Source: an uncultured Mycoplasmatota bacterium (GTDB taxonomy: Bacteria > Bacillota_I > Bacilli_A > RF39 > UBA660). Taken from it: 64,000 bases of DNA. This document shows positions 49,042 to 57,759 of this stretch, piece after piece (position 1 is the first letter of the stretch; every line of letters starts with the position of its first letter). The translations under genes were made by a program, and so were the position numbers. The notes under the pieces are model-generated. The model was given only the letters and a program-made list of their open reading frames with translations, was not told the origin of the DNA and did not search any database. The DNA lies in contig CANOTJ010000005.1 in assembly GCA_947570175.1 (NCBI GenBank), positions 175 through 64,174 on the forward strand, given 5' to 3'.

Positions 49042-50427
49042 TCATCTCCTTGTGTATGACTGAAGTTGGTTTAAATATTCTAATACAACTTCTTTATCAT
49101 TAAACGGTATTATTTGTCTATTTTTTCCAATAATTCCTTCTTCATGCCCCTTTCCAAGAATCAATAGAAGATCATTATTTTCTAATCGTTGAATTGCTTT
49201 ACAAATAGCTTCTTTTCGATCTAAACAAATCTCATAATTACCAAATTCCGCATTTTTAAATGTATCTTCTACAATTTGGTTTGGATCCTCATCATGAGGA
49301 TCATCTGTTGTAAAAATAAAATAATCTGATAATTCACTAACTAATTTGCTCATTATTGGTCGTTTCATACGGTCACGTTCCCCAGTACATCCAAATACTA
49401 CATAAGTCTTTCCCTTTGTAAATTGTTTCATGGTTGTAATAATTTTTTGAATAGCATCTGGTGTATGAGCGTAATCAATAACAATATTATTTGTATGGTA
49501 TTTAATGATTTCTGCTCTACCCACAGGAGCATTTAATTGTCTGGCAACCTCTATAATACTAGAATCAGAATAACCCATGCATTTTAATAAACCAATGCAC
49601 GCTGCCATATTATAAATGTTATAATCTCCTAGCAATTTCATTGTTACAGAATATTCGCCCTTGTGATCTTTATACTTAAAAATAGTATGTTCACTACTTA
49701 ATGTGTAGTCCACGATTTGTAAATCACTTATATTCTCTCCATATGTAAAATTTTGATTATGTTCTAATAAAAAATAGTCTTTATAGTAATCATCATGATT
49801 AATGATAGCAATTCCATTTGGTTTTAATTTCTGAAATAATTTTTGCTTTGCTAAGGCATAATTCTCCATTGTTTTATGGAAATCTAAATGATCTTGGGTA
49901 AGATTTGTAAAAATAGTATAATCAAACTCCAAAGTTTCGATACGCCCATTAGCAAGCGCATGACTACTAATTTCTATTACTACGTTTTTGCACCCTTGAT
50001 CATATGCTTCTATAATTAAATCATACATATCACAAAGATCAACACTAGTATTTGGTAAATTTTTTATTTTTTTATTAATATAAAATCCTACTGTTCCAAT
50101 ATAAGCACATTTAGAGTTCAATTGATTTAATGCATCATGAATTAACATTGCTGTAGTTGTTTTTCCATTAGTACCTGTTATTCCTATAATATTCATTTTA
50201 TTCAAAATTGGATTATAATGTTCTTTTAGATACTCATTTAAATACATTCTAGTATTCTCAACTATCTGTGTTTCAACAGAATAGTTTCCATGTTCAACAA
50301 TCACCTTTTTAGCTCCATTTTCAATTGCCTTTTCGACATATTGATGTCCGTCATTAACCTCACAACGAACAGCTATAAAAGTATCACCTGGTTTTATTTT
50401 TCTAGAATCACTTTGAATATTTATCAT
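49042..50427 (-). CDS. murE: UDP-N-acetylmuramoyl-tripeptide synthetase (MurE)
   Basis: The ORF track extends to 50490. The likely start is the internal MINIQSD (ATG at 50427). GITGTNGKTTT P-loop. Mur ligase middle and C-terminal domains. Confidence 0.85.
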   Translation of the reverse strand: MINIQSDSRKIKPGDTFIAVRCEVNDGHQYVEKAIENGAKKVIVEHGNYSVETQIVENTRMYLNEYLKEHYNPILNKMNIIGITGTNGKTTTAMLIHDALNQLNSKCAYIGTVGFYINKKIKNLPNTSVDLCDMYDLIIEAYDQGCKNVVIEISSHALANGRIETLEFDYTIFTNLTQDHLDFHKTMENYALAKQKLFQKLKPNGIAIINHDDYYKDYFLLEHNQNFTYGENISDLQIVDYTLSSEHTIFKYKDHKGEYSVTMKLLGDYNIYNMAACIGLLKCMGYSDSSIIEVARQLNAPVGRAEIIKYHTNNIVIDYAHTPDAIQKIITTMKQFTKGKTYVVFGCTGERDRMKRPIMSKLVSELSDYFIFTTDDPHDEDPNQIVEDTFKNAEFGNYEICLDRKEAICKAIQRLENNDLLLILGKGHEEGIIGKNRQIIPFNDKEVVLEYLNQLQSYTRR

Positions 50428-50501
50428 ATTACCACACTCTCTAAACATAATAATTTTACTATAAATTATATAATTAATCAAGAACAACAAAAAAACAAGA
50501 A

Positions 50502-50792
50502 TTATCTTGTTCTTGAGCTTGGAATCTCATGAACTACTTCATGATCACTTATATAAGCCTGATCAATCGTTGCAATCGCTTCTTCCATTCCTTTAAAATA
50601 AGAATTTTCTTTAGGAAGTCCAATCGTTTGAGGATCCATTACCATATTATCTTTTAATTGATCACAAATTACTTCTGCTTTTCCCCGTTTTTTAGCAGTA
50701 TTATAAACCTTAAGCTGCACTTCTCCCATTAACTTTGGATCATCCTGATCATAATCATGATTCATTAAATCCAATAAGTCTCTTAATTTCAT
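50502..50792 (-). CDS. hypothetical protein (96 aa)
   Basis: ORF overlapping the stop of the upstream 187-aa ORF by 4 bp. No recognisable motifs. Confidence 0.45.
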   Translation of the reverse strand: MKLRDLLDLMNHDYDQDDPKLMGEVQLKVYNTAKKRGKAEVICDQLKDNMVMDPQTIGLPKENSYFKGMEEAIATIDQAYISDHEVVHEIPSSRTR

Positions 50793-51352
50793 ACTTGAAC
50801 ACCTGCCTTTGTAAATCCTTGAATTAAAGAATCCACATCATTTTCAAAATAAGCTTTAAAAATATACTCATTTCCTATTAAAATAGAAATTAAATTTGCT
50901 TCTACTGCTTGTTCTGGGTAAACTAATAAATCACTAGAATTTCCAACTAAAAAATTCGTAATAATTTCTGTATATCCTACATTCAAAGCACGAAACCTAT
51001 TTTCTACATTAAATCCTGTAAAATGATCACAAGCAGTAATAACATTCAAAAGTTCAAACATCAAAATATGTTTCATATCATACCCTTTGTCAATCTCAGA
51101 CGTATTTAAATAAATTGTATTCTCACGAAGATTGTATTCTGATACTCTTGGGTTGACAAATTTACTTCCCTTTATAATTTGAAGTGTTTTTAGTTTTTCA
51201 TTTAAGCGATCTAAAGAAACTTCAGGATATTTACTATTAAAAAGTAAAACTAATTCAAAAATATTCATTTTAACCTCTTTGGTTAATTTTTTGTTTTGAT
51301 TTAGTGAATTTCTAATATCATCTACTGTTATCATTTTATCACCTATTATCAT
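50789..51352 (-). CDS. hypothetical protein (187 aa)
   Basis: ORF with coding-like composition. Translationally coupled to the 96-aa ORF. Confidence 0.45.
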   Translation of the reverse strand: MIIGDKMITVDDIRNSLNQNKKLTKEVKMNIFELVLLFNSKYPEVSLDRLNEKLKTLQIIKGSKFVNPRVSEYNLRENTIYLNTSEIDKGYDMKHILMFELLNVITACDHFTGFNVENRFRALNVGYTEIITNFLVGNSSDLLVYPEQAVEANLISILIGNEYIFKAYFENDVDSLIQGFTKAGVQV

Positions 51353-51379
51353 TTTACCATAGTTTTTTTATTTTGAACA

Positions 51380-51826
51380 CTAAATTTTAAAATTTGTTGT
51401 AAATAAAAGTGCCATAACGGTTCCTAAAACCATTCCAACTAAAACCTCTAATGGCTTGTGGCCCAATTGCTCTTTTAATCGAATAAATCCTTTTTTTGGC
51501 TTTCCTTTGATAAAGGAATCAAAAATTAGATTAATTGCCTCTGCCTGTTTACCACTTTCATAACGAAGACCCATTGCATCATAAGAAATAATAAAAGTAA
51601 AAATTAAACAGGCAGCAAAAAGAGGACTATCAAATCCTAAATTAAAGCCTATTAACATAGTAATAGAGGAAGAAAAAGAAGTATGGCTACTTGGCATTCC
51701 TCCACACCCATTAATTAACCTAGCAAAGTTTAACTTTCTTGTTTCTAGAGATTCAACTGTAAATTTTATAATTTGACAAACAACTAATGTCACAAAGGGA
51801 CATACTAAATAAATATAACGCTCCAT
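51380..51826 (-). CDS. divergent PAP2 family membrane protein (DUF212)
   Basis: 148 aa. GGMPSSHTSF motif and 3-4 TM helices. Confidence 0.7.
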   Translation of the reverse strand: MERYIYLVCPFVTLVVCQIIKFTVESLETRKLNFARLINGCGGMPSSHTSFSSSITMLIGFNLGFDSPLFAACLIFTFIISYDAMGLRYESGKQAEAINLIFDSFIKGKPKKGFIRLKEQLGHKPLEVLVGMVLGTVMALLFTTNFKI

Positions 51827-51834
51827 ACAAACAC

Positions 51835-52584
51835 CTATCCTATATTTATCTTATTTAAATTGTGTAAAAAGGATTTACTTTTCAAGTATAATCCTGTATA
51901 TTTATCATAATATTGATCTAGAAAATCATTGATTTCCTTTTTCACTTCAGGACTAATTTCTAATTTAGATATTTTAGCAATATCAACATAATAAAACATT
52001 CTAATTAGTTTGATTGTTTTCTCACTAACTTTTTTTTCATTAGAATAACAGTTTTTACAGATATAGCCTCCTTTATCTACAGATAAAGTTACAATCGATT
52101 TTTTAGAAGAACAAATACTACATTCATCCAAAATGGGCATAACTCCTAAATAATCTAAATATTTTAATTCTAATATATTAGAAATAACCATAGGATCATA
52201 CCCTTCATTTAGTTTTAGCAAACTATTTTTAAATAATGAAAATATTCCATAATGATGACTTTGTTTCATTACTTGTTCTGATAAATCAGATAAAAAACTT
52301 GCATAACTAATCTTCATAATATCTTTTCGAATTTCTTTTAAAGATTCTAGAATATCAACGCTAATTAAAATAGATAATCCATTCTCCTTATAACGAATAT
52401 TAAAAATACCATAGGTTAGCTTTGTTGTAGCATTACGAAGGGGGCTTTTTAATGTTTTCGCTCCTTTTGCAATTATTCCAAGTAAACCAAATTCCTCGGT
52501 AATAATCGTAATAATTTTACTAGTTTCACTATATGAGCGTTCTGCTACAACGATTCCTTCTATTTTTTTATCCATAAAATCCAC
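51835..52584 (-). CDS. recO: DNA repair protein RecO
   Basis: N-terminal OB fold (IEGIVVAERSYSETSKII), C-terminal zinc finger CSIC...CKNC, and the conserved position downstream of era. 249 aa. Confidence 0.8.
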   Translation of the reverse strand: MDFMDKKIEGIVVAERSYSETSKIITIITEEFGLLGIIAKGAKTLKSPLRNATTKLTYGIFNIRYKENGLSILISVDILESLKEIRKDIMKISYASFLSDLSEQVMKQSHHYGIFSLFKNSLLKLNEGYDPMVISNILELKYLDYLGVMPILDECSICSSKKSIVTLSVDKGGYICKNCYSNEKKVSEKTIKLIRMFYYVDIAKISKLEISPEVKKEINDFLDQYYDKYTGLYLKSKSFLHNLNKINIG

Positions 52585-52585
52585 T

Positions 52586-52816
52586 CTAATCTATTTGTTC
52601 AAATCGATATTCTTGATTGCAACTAGGATATCTTTCTTTGTCCACTTTCAAATTAAACATATCATAATCACGTGCCCAAATAATATGATCTCCATATAAA
52701 GCCTCATATATTACAATATCCTTCGATGTTTCACTATCCCTTGCAATCATTAATATTTTATATGTCTTTCCGCTAAAATGTTTATACGTCTTTCCGATTG
52801 TTATTACCCTTTTCAT
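52586..52816 (-). CDS. DUF1653-like small protein (YqzL-position gene between era and recO)
   Basis: 76-aa ORF. The GKTYKHFSGKTYKIL pattern is typical of DUF1653. Conserved position. Confidence 0.5.
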   Translation of the reverse strand: MKRVITIGKTYKHFSGKTYKILMIARDSETSKDIVIYEALYGDHIIWARDYDMFNLKVDKERYPSCNQEYRFEQID

Positions 52817-52962
52817 CTTTTTTACTTCTTTCCTCTTCTTTATATTTCACATAATATTCAATTTTTCCTGTATTTTTAAATAAATCCCACAATAATTTTT
52901 TATTCATATGATCACCATCCTATTTCATAATGGTAATGTTTTCTTATTTTATTCATCTGAAT

Positions 52963-53844
52963 TTAAAAATCATGAAATCCAAATTCTTGCAAGTATTTTT
53001 CTTTATCTCGCCATTTCTTAATAGTTTTTACATATAATTCCAAATAAACTTTTGTTTGTAATAGATTTTCAAGTTCTTTTCTTGCCCGAACACCAATCTC
53101 TTTTATTTTATTTCCTTTTGCTCCAATAATAATCTTTTTTAAAGAATCCCGATCTACAATAATTGCGACATGAATGTGGTAAAGATTTTTATTCTTTCTC
53201 ATATTTTCTACAATACAAGTAAGAGAATGAGGAACTTCTTCCTTTGTTAGTTCAAAAACTTTTTCTCTTACAATTTCAGCAATCATAAAAGTAATTGGCT
53301 TATTTGTAATTTGATGTTCCTCATAATATGGAATATCATCTTTTAAATATTTTTTTAGCGTTTGAATGAAATCTTTTACATTATTGTTTTTTAATGCTGA
53401 TAGGGGAATAATTTCAACGAATGGGTAAACATCTTTATATTCGTTTATTTTTAATAATATTTGATTGTGTGTTAATTGATCAATCTTATTAATTACTAAA
53501 ATTACAGGTTTATTAATCTCTTTTAATTTATCGATAATAAACTGATCTCCGCCACCAAAATTCTTTGTTCCATCTACTAGCATAGCAATCACATCAACAT
53601 CATTTATACTATAATAAACTTGTTCATTTAAATATTTCCCCAATTTATGAGTAGGTTTATGTACCCCTGGTGTATCCACAAAAATCATTTGAGTATCCTT
53701 TTCATTATAAATGCCTTGAATTACATTCCTAGTAGTTTGTGGTTTATTAGAGGTAATTGCTATTTTTGTTCCAATAATACTATTTAATAACGTAGACTTG
53801 CCAACATTTGGGCGTCCTACAAAACTAACAAACCCGCTTCTCAT
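52963..53844 (-). CDS. era: GTPase Era
   Basis: [16 protein letters not shown] and NKID motifs with a C-terminal KH domain. 293 aa. Confidence 0.9.
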   Translation of the reverse strand: MRSGFVSFVGRPNVGKSTLLNSIIGTKIAITSNKPQTTRNVIQGIYNEKDTQMIFVDTPGVHKPTHKLGKYLNEQVYYSINDVDVIAMLVDGTKNFGGGDQFIIDKLKEINKPVILVINKIDQLTHNQILLKINEYKDVYPFVEIIPLSALKNNNVKDFIQTLKKYLKDDIPYYEEHQITNKPITFMIAEIVREKVFELTKEEVPHSLTCIVENMRKNKNLYHIHVAIIVDRDSLKKIIIGAKGNKIKEIGVRARKELENLLQTKVYLELYVKTIKKWRDKEKYLQEFGFHDF

Positions 53845-54227
53845 AATAAATCCTCTTCATCAAATGGAATAGGGCATAATTCCTCTACTGTGTATATTTT
53901 TTGATCACCATGATGATTCATTAAAATAATTTCTTTATCCTTTTCAAAAAATTCTGAAATCACTTGCCTGCATAAAAAACAGCAACTACTAATTTTAGGG
54001 CTATCTACCATTACATATAGTCTATCAAAATCATACTGTTGATATCCAGAACTAATGGCGCTTAAAATAGCACTCCTTTCAGCACAGATCGTCGCACCAT
54101 AAGAAGCATTTTCTACATTTACTCCACAAAATTCTTTCCCATCCTTCATCACTACAATACTAGCTACTCGAAAATGAGAATATGGACTATAACTATGGTT
54201 CATTAAATCAATTAGTTTTTGTTTCAT
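53841..54227 (-). CDS. cdd: cytidine deaminase
   Basis: CAERSAI (H/CxE) and the PCGxCRQ-like SCCFLCRQV zinc motifs. 128 aa. Confidence 0.85.
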   Translation of the reverse strand: MKQKLIDLMNHSYSPYSHFRVASIVVMKDGKEFCGVNVENASYGATICAERSAILSAISSGYQQYDFDRLYVMVDSPKISSCCFLCRQVISEFFEKDKEIILMNHHGDQKIYTVEELCPIPFDEEDLL

Positions 54228-54317
54228 CTCATCACCATCTCTACTATTTCATTGTACAAAAATATAGAATCAAAGTCAATTTATTAAATAAAATATAGAG
54301 TTTAAAAAAGATGGTTT

Positions 54318-54875
54318 TTAACCATGCTTATATCGACTGAAATATAAAACTTTATTATTTTCATTACAATGATTATATCTCCTATTTTGAAGCTTATGAT
54401 TCATCTTCTTAAAAGTTGATTTTATATTGTTAGAAACAACTTGTTCCCATGTAACCCATTTTGATTTTCTCTTTTTAGAATCATATAGCTCTTTTTTTAT
54501 TTTTAAAGAATACTGCCCTAGTTTTTTCTCATAGTTCAAACTAACAATTACCTTATGATTCAAAATATATTGTTTAAAATCATCCTGTCTAGGGAACAAA
54601 TACTCATCAAAATCAAAAAACTTAAAACAATCACTATTTACAAATTCATTATCATGATATGTAAAATACCCAAAATATCCCCCTGTATTTTTATTTACAC
54701 TAAACTGTAATTTTAGTCCTTTATAAAGACAATATCCTATAATATCCATAAATTGATATGGAGTTTTATCAAATGATAAAAATGGAATAAAATAATTTGG
54801 TACCTGATTCACGATAATAAATTCATTATTTTGGGTAAAAAAATAATAATTCCGCCAATGAGAGAGATAAGGCAA
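54318..54875 (-). CDS. hypothetical protein; 5' end as in the ORF track overlaps dgkA by 67 bp, so the true start is probably an internal Met (~54749)
   Basis: 185-aa ORF, Tyr/Phe/Asn-rich. No recognisable family. Confidence 0.4.
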   Translation of the reverse strand: MPYLSHWRNYYFFTQNNEFIIVNQVPNYFIPFLSFDKTPYQFMDIIGYCLYKGLKLQFSVNKNTGGYFGYFTYHDNEFVNSDCFKFFDFDEYLFPRQDDFKQYILNHKVIVSLNYEKKLGQYSLKIKKELYDSKKRKSKWVTWEQVVSNNIKSTFKKMNHKLQNRRYNHCNENNKVLYFSRYKHG

Positions 54876-55207
54876 AAAATTAAAGTTGCCCCACTAGCAG
54901 TATCTTTTGCTATTTTGGCTAGTGGATGAAATTGAGGAGATGCCAAATCTACTACTGCTTCAATTGCCGAATTGATAAGTTCTGTAGCCATAATAAGACC
55001 TATTATTAAAATACAAAATAACCATTCTTGAAGATTCAAATTTAATAACATTCCTAAAATGAAAACAAGCACAGAACAAATAAAGATAATAATCATATTA
55101 TGTTCATATCGAATAGCATATATAATGCCATCTATGGCATGAAAAAAACTCTTTTGATAGCGAATCCAAGCACTCCCACTATCCTTATTCCGTAATACCT
55201 GCTTCAT
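54809..55207 (-). CDS. dgkA: diacylglycerol kinase/undecaprenol kinase (DgkA family)
   Basis: Three TM helices and the ATELINSAIE catalytic motif. 132 aa. Confidence 0.8.
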   Translation of the reverse strand: MKQVLRNKDSGSAWIRYQKSFFHAIDGIIYAIRYEHNMIIIFICSVLVFILGMLLNLNLQEWLFCILIIGLIMATELINSAIEAVVDLASPQFHPLAKIAKDTASGATLIFCLISLIGGIIIFLPKIMNLLS

Positions 55208-55625
55208 TTAAAATCAACTCCTGTTTGGAAAACATAGTTTTCTCTTCCTCTAAAGTCATATGATCATAACCTAATAAATGTAAAAAACCATGTACAGCCA
55301 AAAAACAAATCTCCCTTTGAAAACTATGTTGGTATTCTTTTGATTGTTCTAAAGCTTTATCTACCGATATGTAAATATCCCCTAATAAACGATATTGGTC
55401 AAAATCAATCGTTTCATTATCTTCAAGGGCAAAAGTGATAACATCTGTTTCCCGATCAATATGACGATAATCTTTATTTAATTCATGAATATAATGGTTG
55501 TCTACTAAAATAACATTAAATTCAATATCACTCAATTTTTCTTCCTGAATTGCGAGATCTAAAACTCTTTTTACTTCTGATATTTCTTTAATCTCTTTTT
55601 TTGTTTCATTAAAAATTTCAAACAT
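55185..55625 (-). CDS. ybeY: rRNA maturation RNase YbeY
   Basis: HGFLHLLGYDH zinc-binding motif. 146 aa. Confidence 0.9.
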   Translation of the reverse strand: MFEIFNETKKEIKEISEVKRVLDLAIQEEKLSDIEFNVILVDNHYIHELNKDYRHIDRETDVITFALEDNETIDFDQYRLLGDIYISVDKALEQSKEYQHSFQREICFLAVHGFLHLLGYDHMTLEEEKTMFSKQELILNEAGITE

Positions 55626-55626
55626 A

Positions 55627-56238
55627 CTAATTCGCTCCTAAAATGGTATAAATATAATAAAATATAAAACTTAAAATTGCAATGACTATTATATTATAAA
55701 AAATATTGTTTTTCAAGCATTGTGGCAATCGATCTCGAAGAAAGTAAATAAAACGATAAAGATAAAAACCAAATAGTCCCCCTAACACATTCAACATAAT
55801 ATCATCTACATCAAATACTCTCCCTATTAATAATTGGGTAAATTCAATAGTACAAGAAACAAGTAAACTTAAATAAAAAATAATTCTTTTTTTATCTAGT
55901 TTTAGAAAATAAGAGGTAAAAAAACCATATGGCATAAACATAATCATATTTCCAACTACATTTCTAAAAAATCTTTCACTAAAAATTCGATAACGAAACA
56001 TTTCTTTAAATGGAATAAAATTAGAAGTAGACCAACTAACATCTTGGAAAGTTACCACATAGAAAAGACTCATAATATAAATTACAAAACCAAGTTTTAA
56101 AATCTCACGATATAAAATAAAATTTTCATGATTTTTTACTAAATATACAATTCTAATAGATGACAAAATAACTGTAATAATTACGAGCATCGGCCAAATA
56201 TTCGCTAATATGTTTTTAATAGTAATATCAAACATCAT
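55627..56238 (-). CDS. VanZ-like family membrane protein
   Basis: 203 aa with 4-5 TM helices. Pattern typical of VanZ-like proteins (YGFFTSYF, GRVFDVDDIMLNVLGGLFGF). Confidence 0.6.
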   Translation of the reverse strand: MMFDITIKNILANIWPMLVIITVILSSIRIVYLVKNHENFILYREILKLGFVIYIMSLFYVVTFQDVSWSTSNFIPFKEMFRYRIFSERFFRNVVGNMIMFMPYGFFTSYFLKLDKKRIIFYLSLLVSCTIEFTQLLIGRVFDVDDIMLNVLGGLFGFYLYRFIYFLRDRLPQCLKNNIFYNIIVIAILSFIFYYIYTILGAN

Positions 56239-56241
56239 CTC

Positions 56242-57432
56242 TTATTCTCCCTCTTTGATTTGAGTCTCCTCTGGAACAATTTCCTTTGTATCTGTAATAT
56301 CTTCACATACACTAAAAAATATCTCTACTACTATTTTACTATCATTTTGTTCAACATTCAATTGTTTATAATCAATTATATATTCATTGTCATTTAATTT
56401 ACTCTCAATTTGCACTTTAGCACGACCAATTGCTTTCTTGATAGCTTCCTCTTTTGTATACTTTTCATCAATAACTTTCGTTTCTGTTTGTTTTTGTTTT
56501 ACTAGTTGTATAGGAAGAAGGTTATTTTTTAAAAGTATTTTTTCTTTTATATTCTTTGTTTTATAACGATTCCACTCTATACTAAAATATCGATTTAAAA
56601 ATTTAATGGCATAGACTGTTTTGTTTTTATTTAAAGGGATTGTCTCTTGATAATGTAAAGGGTATTCCACCGTTGTTTTATACCAAACTTCTCCATATAT
56701 TTTTCCATTTGCTCCAATTAAGTTTTTAGTAACTTCATTTAGTTGAATATCCCCAGTAATAACAACATCCCCCTTATTAACATAATCATTTACGTTTTTT
56801 ACAATTTCCCCAGAAGAAGCATTAATTTTTTTTAAAATTGCAGATTTTTTAGCCACTATATTTTGTATTGGAATTAAATTTTTAGATTTCGTAATAATTC
56901 TTTCTTCTACTCTTACAATGTATTTCGTTCCTTCTTCTTCTATTTCCAACCATTCTATTTGATCCTTATACTTATTAATAATTTTTTTCTTTATACTTTG
57001 AATAGAGGAATAACTTTTTTTAAAATGTTTTTCTTCTATTCCATATTCTTTTAATTCGTCTCTTAAAAGATTACGAATTTCTTTATTATTATGAACAATT
57101 TCAATTTTAAAAATCATATGTGTTAATAATTGAAGGATAATATATCCAATTATAATGGAAATAAATAAGTATTGATTTTTTTTGATGAGTTTTTTCAGTT
57201 TATCCAATCCAAATGTATCAATTTGTTCAATTTCATAAATTGTTTTTATTTCTTCTACTTTTTCTAAATCCTTTTTATATATTTTTAGAATTGCTTCGTT
57301 ATAATGAACTATTTTAAGATCTAGTATCTCTATATTCAATCGAATTACTTTTTTTAAGAATCGCTCTATGTTTTTTCCCTGAATTCTTATCTTCACGGAG
57401 CTTTTTAGTTGATTTATAAATTCATTTTTCAA
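56242..57432 (-). CDS. yqfD: sporulation protein YqfD
   Basis: 396 aa. Conserved position downstream of yqfC and upstream of ybeY. One TM helix near residue 90. Architecture typical of YqfD. Confidence 0.7.
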   Translation of the reverse strand: MKNEFINQLKSSVKIRIQGKNIERFLKKVIRLNIEILDLKIVHYNEAILKIYKKDLEKVEEIKTIYEIEQIDTFGLDKLKKLIKKNQYLFISIIIGYIILQLLTHMIFKIEIVHNNKEIRNLLRDELKEYGIEEKHFKKSYSSIQSIKKKIINKYKDQIEWLEIEEEGTKYIVRVEERIITKSKNLIPIQNIVAKKSAILKKINASSGEIVKNVNDYVNKGDVVITGDIQLNEVTKNLIGANGKIYGEVWYKTTVEYPLHYQETIPLNKNKTVYAIKFLNRYFSIEWNRYKTKNIKEKILLKNNLLPIQLVKQKQTETKVIDEKYTKEEAIKKAIGRAKVQIESKLNDNEYIIDYKQLNVEQNDSKIVVEIFFSVCEDITDTKEIVPEETQIKEGE

Positions 57433-57436
57433 AAAA

Positions 57437-57676
57437 TCACCTTAATTCTACATTTTTTATTTTTCCTGTTATTAAAACCTCATCTACTAGTAATTTAGAT
57501 ACTACTAACTTTTCTCCATTTACAATAATATTTCCTTTCTCATGGCGAATAATAATTTTATTAGAATCAAAATGCCCAATTTCCTTATAATTTGCGATAT
57601 TTACACAATCCTCTAATATTGTGATCTTTAGCTCATCATCCAAAATATAATCTCGAAACCTATTTACAATTCCCAT
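57437..57676 (-). CDS. yqfC: sporulation protein YqfC
   Basis: 79 aa. The IIVNGEKLVVSKL pattern is similar to Bacillus YqfC (ILVKGEKL). Adjacent to yqfD. Confidence 0.65.
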   Translation of the reverse strand: MGIVNRFRDYILDDELKITILEDCVNIANYKEIGHFDSNKIIIRHEKGNIIVNGEKLVVSKLLVDEVLITGKIKNVELR

Positions 57677-57759
57677 ATTATCACCTATATAATCTTATTA
57701 AATTAATGGGGTATTTATGTGCAAACAAAAAAAGTTCAAAATTTTGAACTCTTCTATAA

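Noticed and set aside
52820-52897. Possible 41-aa Lys-rich micro-ORF (MNKKLLWDLFKNTGKIEYYVKYKEEERSKKDEKGNNNRKDV) upstream of and overlapping the DUF1653 gene start
   Set aside because: Only a weak RBS-like AGGATGGTG, very short, and a frame-shifted overlap with the downstream gene. Cannot be supported without conservation or Ribo-seq evidence.
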